DNA of 63,970 bases, counting the filler, from Octopus bimaculoides (lineage: Eukaryota), in assembly GCF_001194135.2 (NCBI RefSeq). It is 7 parts of 6 records of this genome, joined end to end, with 100 filler letters (N's around TTAATTAATTAA, not from the genome) between each part and the next. Parts side by side here need not be neighbours in the genome. Positions count along the whole stretch, not along the records: positions 19,905 to 28,779 come from NC_068988.1; positions 28,880 to 36,152 come from NC_068982.1; positions 36,253 to 50,217 come from NC_068981.1; 4 more parts are not named here. One strand, 5' to 3'. The notes beneath the pieces are model-generated. The model was not told the DNA's origin and made no database searches. It saw nothing but the letters and a program-made list of their open reading frames with translations. Both the position numbers and the translations under genes were made by a program. Below, piece after piece: positions 26,483-36,725 of this stretch; positions within the stretch are counted from its first letter, which is position 1; every line of letters starts with the position of its first letter.

Positions 26483-26790
26483 GAGAGGTATAAAATAATA
26501 GCAAAGTACCAGGACTTAGTCATTGAATTACAGAGACTATAGAAAGTGCAGGTAAAATGTATCCCTGTAGTTATAGGTGCATTAGGAACTATCCCTAAAG
26601 GTTTGGACAGATGGACAGAGGAAATAGGCATAAAACCCAGTTTAGTACAGCTCCAGAAAACAGTGTCATTATGCACAGTTAGGATACGTAGGAAGGTTTT
26701 TGGCATCTAATTTTACTTGTTGTAGCGCGATGTTAGGAAGTTTTCTTTTCCAGCATTCTCATCTGTTGTGAGTATATGAATAATAATAAT
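26345..26790 (+). mobile_element. Two stacked LINE 3' ends, each with an (AAT)n tail; the second encodes an RLE C-terminus
   Basis: 26345-26480 matches the reverse complement of 19770-19804 (CTTGTACAAATGCAAA.CAAA.GTCAAACATAAAATAAT). 26490-26710 reads IAKYQDLVIELQRL*KVQVKCIPVVIGALGTIPKGL...LQKTVSLCTVRIRRKVFGI*. Confidence 0.85.
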
Positions 26791-27179
26791 TATAAATTTA
26801 GTTAATTATTTAATTATTTCATTAATCAATTGATTAAAGATATATATGAAATATAAAATAACATTTTGAAATTTTTACATTGCTTAAGTAAACATGCTTT
26901 GTTAAAAAATGCTCTCCTAATTTATATAATTATCTTAAATAGATTTTGTTTTTTGTTTTTCTTAAATCAATAATTTATTCCAATGATTCTGGCAATTTGT
27001 ATAATTATCCATTATTATAAATATTGTCTAAAAAGATACGTAAAGTATACGAACAAACATTCAATAGCCTATAATCGTTTCCTTCAATAAATGATGTATG
27101 CTTATGTAAAATTTCTAGCACAAAACAATGACCTACATTTCGAGGCATACACACTTTCGCTTATATATTTTAAGGTTAC

Positions 27180-27506
27180 TTTTGCTGGCATTCTGTCAGT
27201 TATGATGTCGATGGTTCCAGTTGAGCCGATCAATGGAACAGCCTGCTCGTAAAACTAACAATCACGTGGCTGAGCACTGCACAGACATGCGTACAATTAA
27301 CATAGTCCTCAGGGAGATTCAGCATGACACAGAATGTGACAAGGATTGCAACCCTAACCCTAACCCTAAAGTACGAGTTACTTATGCCAGCTGAGTGGAT
27401 TGGAGCAAGGTGAAATAAAGTGTCTGGCTGAAGGACACAACGCTCCGCCAGAAATCGAACTCGTTATCGTGAGCCGAATGCACTAACGACTAAGCTACGC
27501 GCCTTC
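27180..27506 (-). mobile_element. tRNA-headed SINE with CORE-like segment and the same 3' tail as the neighbouring SINE
   Basis: Reverse complement GAAGGCGCGTAGCTTAGTCG..GAGTTCGATT..TTGTGTCCTTCAGCCAGACACTTTATTTCACC; tail homologous to 27520-27670. Confidence 0.8.
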
Positions 27507-27519
27507 GCTATAGTTTAAA

Positions 27520-27878
27520 ACGCTTACGACGTCGAGGGTTCCAGTTGATCCGATCAACGGAACAGTCTGCTCGTGAAATTAACATGCAAGTGGCTGAGCA
27601 CTCCACAAACACGTGTACCCTTAACGTAATTCTCGGGGATATTCAGCGTGACACAGTGTAACAAGGCTGGCCCTTTGAAATACAGGTACAACAGAAACAG
27701 GAAGAAAAAGTTGTGGTGAATGAGTACAGCACGGTTCGCCAACATCCCCTGCCGGAGCCTTGTGGAGCTTTAGGTGTTTTCGCTCAATAAACACTCACAA
27801 CGCCCAGTCTGGGAATCGAAACCGCGATTCTATGACCGCGAGTCCGCTGCCCTAACCACTGGGCCATTGCGCCTCCAC
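27520..27878 (-). mobile_element. Apparently full-length tRNA(Arg-like)-derived SINE
   Basis: Head GTGGAGGCGCAATGGCCCAGTGGTTAGGGCAGCGGACTCGCGG..GGTTTCGATTCC with A and B boxes; no acceptor stem, continues into the SINE body. Confidence 0.85.
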
Positions 27879-28938
27879 TGTTTAAATTATAAATCTATGA
27901 AGACATGAAAATATACTACTGCTATTTCATATAAATTGAACTAGCTGCAATACCTGGATATGCCTGGATTTATTAGTATGAAGTGGAATTTCCTGCCATA
28001 AACGACGAATGAGAGCCCTGCAACATGTTGCTGAACAACCTGCACAAATTATTTGCTTATAGTCATCAGTTTTGCTGAGCAATAGCAATCTCCTTCCATC
28101 AAGTCGACATTGCCTGTACAGGTGCTCGATGTACCACACATCAGGTGTCGAATTGATTACAGAGCAACAGGAAATGAAGTGTTTTACTCAAAAGAACAAC
28201 ATACTGTCCTATCCAGGAATCGAAATCACGAACTACCGATAGCGAGTGCAACATCCTAAACTCCAGACTGCAGGCCTAATAATATGTAAAATGCATACAA
28301 TTTATATGAATTCATTATATTTAGGATAAATTACTTTAAAATCATGCCGACAGATTTCAGTTGATTGCAGAATATTGATTCATTCGAAATAGTTGGATCA
28401 ATGAAATTCATTTTTGAAGACATCAGAAAAGGCTACATAAACTATGGCTATTTGAAAAGTTGCGTAAATTTCAGCTCATTAGTCGCAAATATGTGACTTA
28501 TAACTCAGAACATATATATTTTCATTTTTATATTTCATAATCTATATCCTTTATCTATTTCAGTCAAAAGACTACAGTCATTCTGGGGCACCGCCTTGAA
28601 TTATTTAGTTAAATGAATCGATTACATTACTTTTGTTTTTGCTTTGTTAAATCTGGTACTTATTATTCTATCATTTTCCGAACCACTAATTTACGGAAAC
28701 ATACACACATCAACACCAGTTGTAAAACGGCGGTGAGGGACAAACACGCGCGCAAACATATATATATATAAATATATATNNNNNNNNNNNNNNNNNNNNN
28801 NNNNNNNNNNNNNNNNNNNNNNNTTAATTAATTAANNNNNNNNNNNNNNNNNNNNNNNNNNNNNNNNNNNNNNNNNNNNCGGACGTTAAACGATGATGAT
28901 GATGATGATGATGATATTTATATATATATATTCATATA

Positions 28939-28976
<38 letters not shown>

Positions 28977-29494
28977 CGTACACACATGTACATATATATT
29001 TACAATTAAGATTCAGTTGAATTAGGTGCTTAAATTGAGACACCTTGCTAGGCCTGAATAACAGGCATATTCAATAATATCAAGTGAATATCACACTCGG
29101 TGCATAAGCGCCCACCACATGATGTTCTGGCGGTGTATGCAGATAATAAGACCAGCTGAATGAAGAAATCCACTCTTAGCTATTCAGACATCTACTTTAT
29201 ATTAAAAATACTGTCTATGATATATATGAAGCATAGATTCCAGAAGAGATGAATTAAATATGAGTAACAAAGAGGTACAGATGTTAATTCATTACATACC
29301 CACATACACACGTGCATGCACGCACACACACACACATACACACACACACATGCACACACACGCACACACATACACATACATAACAAAGGTTGTATTTATA
29401 CTCTGAGTTCTCATTAATCAGTCAAAGGAGTTATTGTAAACAGCCGTAATAAATTGACACTCGGACCTATTTGTCACTCACTTTATTATATATT

Positions 29495-30083
29495 CATCTA
29501 TTTGTTCCAGTCATTTGAATGTGGCCATGCTGGAGCACCGCCTTAAGTCGAGCAAATAGACCCCAGGACTTATTCTTTGTAAGACTAGTACTTATTCTAT
29601 CGGTCTCTTTTGCCAAACCGCTAAGGTACTGGAGCATAAACACCCCAGTAATTGCTCTTTTGCCAAATCACTAAGCTTTGAGAACATAAACACACCAACA
29701 TCGGTTGTCAAGCAATAGGACAAACACCGACACAAAGGCACACTTGCCCAAGGTACCATGCAGCGGGACTGAACCCAGAACCATGCAGTTGGGAAGCAAG
29801 CTTCTTACCACACAGCCTTGTCTGCACCATATATCTATTTTCTTTTAATCTTTTGTTTTTTTATTGCTTCAGTCATTTAAATGCGGCCATGCTGGAGCAC
29901 CGCCTTAAAGAGTTTTAGTCGAGGAAATTGATTCTAGGATTTATTCTTTATAATGTAGTACTTATTCTATCAGTGTCTTCTGCCAGACCGCTAAGTTACA
30001 GGAACATAAACACACCAGTGTAAGTTGTCAAACAATGGGATGGAGACAAACACACACACATAAATACATACATCCAAACACTT

Positions 30084-30141
<58 letters not shown>

Positions 30142-30422
30142 GGTGTCCGAAAATCTGGGTACAAAAGTAAAAAAGGAAAATTATTATTTCCTATATTTAA
30201 TTGTTTATGTTATGATTTTATTTACTCCATGTACCAAGACTTTGTGGACACCCTGTACAATGGGCTTCTTTCAGTTACTGCGTACTAAATCCATTCACAT
30301 GGCTTTGACTAGTTTGGAGCTATAGTAGAAGACACTTGCTCATAGTGACATGCAGTGGGACTGAACCCGAAACCATGTGGTTAGGAAGCAAGCTTCTTAC
30401 CACCCAACCACGCCTGTGCCTA
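29495..30422 (-). mobile_element. Two adjacent 45675-type SINE copies (29495-29830 and 29858-30422)
   Basis: GGCCATGCTGGAGCACCGCC, TACTTATTCTATC and GGGACTGAACCC blocks are repeated. A partial copy also lies at 28560-28745. Confidence 0.85.
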
Positions 30423-30846
30423 TATATACGTATCATTTTTATAAGCCCCAAACAAAGTGAGAATAAGGAATTATGAAGAAGGACAAATTAAGATGAAGGG
30501 AATGAATTTACTTCAGACTTGAAACAGTTCAGAAGGAAAACAATGAGATGGAAGAGAGTTCCAAAGTATGGTAAGCTCGAAAGAAAAAGCTAGAATTGTA
30601 GAAAAACTTCCTTATTTCTAGAATCCCAACAACATTTGGATGAAGATATTGCGAGATTCAAGTCAGGTGAAATGGAAAAAAGTGATCTGGAACTAACAAA
30701 GTTCAGCAGAACATTTCCTGTGGAAATAATGACAGAAAAGACTAAGATTAATCTTTAGTTGCCTAACACTTTTTTCTAAAGCTCACACGTATTGTGCTCT
30801 CTTAAATGGTCATTAGTATCTTGTATGGCTATACATATACATATAC

Positions 30847-30898
<52 letters not shown>

Positions 30899-31511
30899 NN
30901 NNNNNNNNNNNNNNNNNNNNNNNNNNNNNNNNNNNNNNNNNNNNNNNNNNNNNNNNNNNNNNNNNNNNNNNNNNNNNNNNNNNNNNNNNNNNNNNNNNNN
31001 NNNNNNNNNNNNNNNNNNNNNNNNNNNNNNNNNNNNNNNNNNNNNNNNNNNNNNNNNNNNNNNNNNNNNNNNNNNNNNNNNNNNNNNNNNNNNNNNNNNN
31101 NNNNNNNNNNNNNNNNNNNNNNNNNNNNNNNNNNNNNNNNNNNNNNNNNNNNNNNNNNNNNNNNNNNNNNNNNNNNNNNNNNNNNNNNNNNNNNNNNNNN
31201 NNNNNNNNNNNNNNNNNNNNNNNNNNNNNNNNNNNNNNNNNNNNNNNNNNNNNNNNNNNNNNNNNNNNNNNNNNNNNNNNNNNNNNNNNNNNNNNNNNNN
31301 NNNNNNNNNNNNNNNNNNNNNNNNNNNNNNNNNNNNNNNNNNNNNNNNNNNNNNNNNNNNNNNNNNNNNNNNNNNNNNNNNNNNNNNNNNNNNNNNNNNN
31401 NNNNNNNNNNNNNNNNNNNNNNNNNNNNNNNNNNNNNNNNNNNNNNNNNNNNNNNNNNNNNNNNNNNNNNNNNNNNNNNNNNNNNNNNNNNNNNNNNNNN
31501 NNNNNNNNNNN

Positions 31512-31755
31512 CTTCTCACGCACAGCACATTTCCAAAGGTCTCGGTCAGTAGTCATCGCCTCGGTGAGGCCCAATGTACGAAGGTCTTGCCTCACCACCT
31601 CAGCCCAGGTCTTCCTGGGCCTACCTCTTCCACGGGTTCCCTCAACTGTTAGGGTGTGGCACTTTTTCACGCTGCTATCGTCATCCATTCTCACCACATG
31701 TCCATACCAGCGCAATCGTCTCTCTTGCACGCCACAACTGATGCTTCTAATGTTC
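31512..31755 (-). mobile_element. RTE-clade LINE ORF2 C-terminus
   Basis: IRSISCGVQERRLRWYGHVVRMDDDSSVKKCHTLTVEGTRGRGRPRKTWAEVVRQDL..DRDLWK (RLRWxGH and RGRPRKTW motifs); open reading up to the gap. Confidence 0.9.
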
Positions 31756-32345
31756 AGCTTTATATATATATATGTATGTATGTATGTGTGTGTGTGTGTG
31801 TGTATCTTTCTCTGTGTACATCTGTTTGTGTGTGTGAGCGTAGACATAATAGATATATACATAGAAATGCAGCACACACACGAAAAACATACACAGATCA
31901 TTGAAAATGGCTGTCAGAATCCAAATTAATAAATTAATATTTCAGTACAATTTCCTGATATAGCAGAAGCAATATATAGGGCACTTACAACAAGTAGACA
32001 TGCTCTCATGTAAAAACAAATATTCTTTTTCTTCTATTTTCTATTTATGATTTGACAGGAAAGTAAAACTAAAAATTAAAAGGACAAAATATATAAAACA
32101 AAGAATAATGAAAATAAATATACTTTACTGAACTGCAGTATTTCATTATATTACATCTAAGCAATATTGGTGAACTAAATAAATAAATGTTATATGTTGT
32201 TTTAGCAAGATTTTACATATAATTTACAAATGAAAATTTTCAAGATATTCGTGCTGTCCAGCTATTCATATACGAGAATTTAAATGCATATATGTGCGTG
32301 CTCACACACATTATTATTATTATCATTATAATTATTATTAGTATT

Positions 32346-32376
<31 letters not shown>

Positions 32377-32528
32377 AAAAATAAGAAACTAATCAATATA
32401 AAATAGTTACAGAATAAGTTAACAGAATTTTTAAAATTGTCATACACACATACATACATGCATACATACATGCATACATATACAAATGCATACATATATA
32501 TGTGTGTGTGTGTGTGTAATCTAAAAAC

Positions 32529-33679
32529 TGGAACAAGAACGCAACAGATGACAATAACACATCCAGACAGATAGATGATACAAAGACGGACAGGAGGAAA
32601 CAAGGACAGATCATTTGCAGTCTTCTCTTATCAGTCAAGTTTCCAAACCATCCTTACCGTTTTGGCCGGTTACTCTTGAGACTGTTCAAATCGGACTGGC
32701 CCCAAAAATCTAAGCTAAGAGCATTGCATATTTTGGGAGAAAGCAAGCGAAGGTGTATGACAACAACGACAAATAATGAAACGGAGAAAATGTTACACAA
32801 TTATAAATACAAGGAACACGAAAATAACAAGAGGTCTCTTTTGACTAAATAGAGACGAATCGAGTTGAGCTGGCGTGTGTAGAGTGAAAGCCTTGAGGCA
32901 GGAACATAGGAGATGGACACAAGAGATGAAAGTCATGAGACAGGAATATAAGAGATGATTTGCAGCCAGCAATCGAGCCAAGAAAGAAAGATCATGCTTG
33001 GTTGAACACCAGTAATGTGGAAGGAAAGGAGAAAGGTAGGGAGTGAAGAATTAGGGGGAAAACGAAAAAGAAAGACAATCAGAGAGACATAGAGAAAGGT
33101 ACAGGAAAGATAAATAAGGAGGGGAAGTGGGAAGATTAAAGAAAGAGAAGGCCAAGAAATGTGAGAGGGGGAGCGAGAAAAAGAAAAGAGGAAAGAATAA
33201 AGAAGATATGAGGGGGCTAAAAGAAAGAGTAAAAGAGTCGTACAGAATTTAGATATATACTTACTTACAAAGTGAGGAAATGTGTATGTACGCCGCTATA
33301 TGTATATATAAATAAAAAAATGGAACAAGAACGCAACAGACGACAATAAAATATCCAGACAGATAAACGATACAAAGACAGACAGGAAAAACAACAACAA
33401 AAAAACGGTCAGTCAAAAGACACCTGTTGTTATTTCCTTGTTGCTTGTATTTGTAATCGTATAACATTTTCTCCATTTTCTCTTGTCTTTGCTGACGTAT
33501 ACATTCACTTGCTTTCTCCTAAAAAATGAAATGCTCCTAGCTTAGATTTTTGGAGCCAGTCCGATTTGAACAGTCTCAAGTGTAACCGGCTGAAACTGTA
33601 AGGATGATTTGGAAACTTGACTGATAAGAGAAGACTGCAAATGACCTGTCCTTGTTTTTTCCCATCCGTCTTTGTATCG

Positions 33680-33680
<1 letters not shown>
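32529..33680. repeat. Local direct plus inverted duplication
   Basis: 32576-32846 is the imperfect reverse complement of 33409-33680; 32529-32600 is repeated directly at 33321-33390. Confidence 0.85.
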
Positions 33681-33743
<63 letters not shown>

Positions 33744-33811
33744 ACATGCACTCACACACAAACACACACAAACACATATACAAACATACTTGCATACATA
33801 TATGCACTAAG

Positions 33812-33853
<42 letters not shown>

Positions 33854-34084
33854 CAAATATATATGTGGTAAAAAAATTTGCTTCCCATTCACATGGTTCT
33901 GGGTTCAGTCCCATTGTGTGTCGCCTTGGCCAAATATTTTCTAGTAGAGCCTTGTGCTAACAAAGGTCTTGTGAATTTCGGACTGCAATTATTTTCCATT
34001 CATAAATTGCTTCACAAAATTTTTGATATGTTTCAACATTATGCCTTACTGATGATTTCTATAAAGAAAGAAATGTTGCTATCA

Positions 34085-36145
34085 CCAATTAAGAAACGTT
34101 TTCAGAAATGCCACATTGCAAATTTTAAGAAATATTAGACTGAAACTTCTAAGAAATGTTAAACTAGAAACTTTAAGAAATGTTAGATTAGAAAATTTAA
34201 GAAATGCTAGATAAGAAATTTCAAGAAATGCTACACTAAAAATTTTTTTAAATATTAGATTAGAAATTTTAAGATATGTTACACTAGAAATTGCGAGAAA
34301 TGTTACACAAGAAAGTCTAAGAAATGTTACGCTAAAAATTTTAAGAAAGGTCCGAGCAGAAATTTTAAGAAATGTTAGACGAGAAATTTTAAGAAATGTT
34401 ATGCTGGAAACATTTAAAAATGTTGAAATAGAAATTTCAAGATGTGTTACAGTAGAAATTTTAAGAATTATTACACTGGAATTTTCAAGGATTGTTAGAC
34501 AAAAAATTTAAAGAGGGGGAGCGAGAAAAAAATTGAAAGAAAGAAGAAAGTATACAGGGAACTAACAGAAAGAGTAAGGGTCATACAGAATTTAGATACA
34601 TACCAGATGAGCAAAATTTTAAGAAATGTTATACTAGAAACGTTTGACTAGAAATTTTCAGAAATGTTAGACTAGAAACTTTCAAACATGTTGAACTAGC
34701 AATTTTATGAAGTGTTCGATTAGAAATTTTACACTAGAAATTTCACGAAATGTTATACTAGACAGTCTAAGAAATATTAGATTAGAAATTCTGAAAAATG
34801 TTGGAATAAAAGCGTTAGGAAATGTTTCGCTAGAAACTTTTTAAAAATAGAGTAGAAATTTTAAGAGATGTTAGATTAGAAGCTTAAAGAAAAGTTACAC
34901 TAGAAATTTGAAGAAATGGTAGACTAGAAATTTGAAGAAATGTTACACTAGAAATGTTTAAAGTATTAGACTAAAAATTTAAAGATACACTAGAAATTTT
35001 AAGGAATGCTAGCATAGAAATTTAAAGATACACTAGAAATTTTAAGGAATGCTAGCATAGAAATTTTAAGAATTGTAAGAATAGACATTTTCAAATGTTA
35101 GACTAGGAATTTTAAGAAATGGTAGACTAGAAATTTGAAGAAATGTTACACTAGAAATTATATGAAATATCAGACAACAAATTTTAAGAAATGTTACACT
35201 AGAGATTTTAGGAAATGCTACACTGGAAATTTTAAGAAATATTAGACTACAATTTTTAAGAAATGTTGCATTAGAAATATTTTTTAAATATTACGATAGA
35301 AATTTTAATAAATATTACACTAGAAATTTTCAGAAATATTAGATTAGAAATTTTCAGAAATGTTACACAAGAAAGTATACGAAATATTTAGAAATTGTTA
35401 GATATGTTACACAAGAAATTACATGAAATGTTGGACCTAAAATCTTAAGAAATGTTAGACTGGAAACTTTAGAAAATTTTGAACTCGGAATTTCAAGAAG
35501 TGTTAGATTATAAAGTTTAAGAAATGTTCCAATAGAAATTTTAAGAAATGTTAGACTAAAGATTTTGAGAAATAATTGACTAGAAATTTTAAGAAATGTT
35601 AGATTAGAAATTTAAAGAAAAATTAGACTAGAAATTTTAAGATATGCTAGACTAGAAGTTTTAAGAAAAGTTGAACTAGAAATTTTAAGAAATGGTATAC
35701 TAGAAAGTTTTAAAATATTGAAAGAAATTTTAAGAAACGTTGCACTTGAATGTATAAGAAATGTTAGACTAGAAATTTTGCAAAATGTATCACTAGAAAT
35801 TTTAAGAAATTTCAAACTAGCAATTTTGAGAAATAATAGACTAGAAATTTTAAGAAATGTTAGACTAGAAAGTTTAAGAAACGATACCCTAGAAATTTTA
35901 AGAAATGGTTCTCTACATATTCTAAGAAGTATTAGACTTGAATTTCTGAGAAATGTTAGACTAGAAATTTAAAGAAAAGTTAAACTAGAAATTTTTAAGA
36001 AATGTTACTCTAGATATATTTTCAGAAATGTTAGTCTAGAAGATTTTAAAAAGTTACACAAGAAATTTTAAGAAATATTGCACTACAAATTTTCGGAAAT
36101 GTTACACTAGAAATTTCAAGAAATGTTTAACGAAGAAGTTTAAAG
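34085..36145. repeat. Degenerate 24-bp minisatellite, consensus about TTAGACTAGAAATTTTAAGAAATG, roughly 80 copies
   Basis: The 24-nt period is visible directly; an 8-aa LEILRNVR repeat appears in ORF 35718-35972. Confidence 0.92.
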
Positions 36146-36252
36146 AGAGGTANNNNNNNNNNNNNNNNNNNNNNNNNNNNNNNNNNNNNNNNNNNNTTAA
36201 TTAATTAANNNNNNNNNNNNNNNNNNNNNNNNNNNNNNNNNNNNNNNNNNNN

Positions 36253-36545
36253 CCTACACTGTCTTGCAACACGAAATACCTCGAGTCTTTGGTCCTCACG
36301 GCGCAGAACATTGGCAAATCTTTCCTTATCTGCTTCCCCTCTGGCTAAATAAACCTGTCGCCTAGCCTCCCTTCTGGCACATTGGTACAATTCCCTGCTA
36401 CCACCGTTCTTCCAGTCCTTCCAAGCCTGTTTCTTTTGTCTAATAGCCCTGTCTACCTCCTTGTTCCACCACCACGTTACTCTGGGTTGGGAGGGGACCT
36501 TACACCACCCACAAATCTGGTCGGTGGCTTTCAACAGGTTGTCCC
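36253..36545 (-). mobile_element. RTE-type LINE ORF2 fragment (region between endonuclease and RT)
   Basis: KATDQICGWCK..RVTWWWNKEVDRAIRQKKQAWKDWK..LYQCARREARRQV; open up to the spacer. Confidence 0.75.
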
Positions 36546-36586
36546 GCAGAAATCTCCAATCAAAATAATTATTAAGTTATACTTAC

Positions 36587-36725
36587 AACCAGTAATACTT
36601 GGTAAAAGCTCAGTTCTATTTTTAGAGACTGTAGAACAATGTATGGAATATAAGAAAGCAAGTAAAAGATAAGTCCAGTGAGAACTGCCAAAGTTGTATT
36701 GCTGAAGAATGAACTGACCATATAA
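36587..36725 (-). CDS. ABCA: ABCA exon 11 of 11 visible (139 nt): (C)YMVSSFFSNTTLAVLTGLIFYLLSYIPYIVLQSLKIELSFYQVLLV
   Basis: tttatag acceptor, gtaagt donor, phase 2->0, TM-helix sequence. Confidence 0.9.

Noticed and set aside
27800-27878. tRNA genes (also 8880-8950, 25729-25775, 45675-45750, 55595-55675)
   Set aside because: A/B boxes are present, but there is no acceptor stem and the sequences continue into repeated SINE bodies.
30480-30760. Purine-rich stretch with a semi-open frame (..QHLDEDIARFKSGEMEK..)
   Set aside because: Internal stop, no recognisable motif and no consistent splice sites.
34020-34090. CTGATGA...GAAA hammerhead-like spacing
   Set aside because: Stem II is AU-only with a non-canonical closing pair, and stem I does not form.
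35718-35972. LRR-like 8-aa repeat ORF (LEILRNVR)n
   Set aside because: A chance open stretch of the 24-bp minisatellite; neighbouring units have stops and frameshifts, and there are no splice sites.
34085-36145. CRISPR-like periodic repeat
   Set aside because: Contiguous degenerate tandem units without unique spacers, eukaryotic context, no cas genes.
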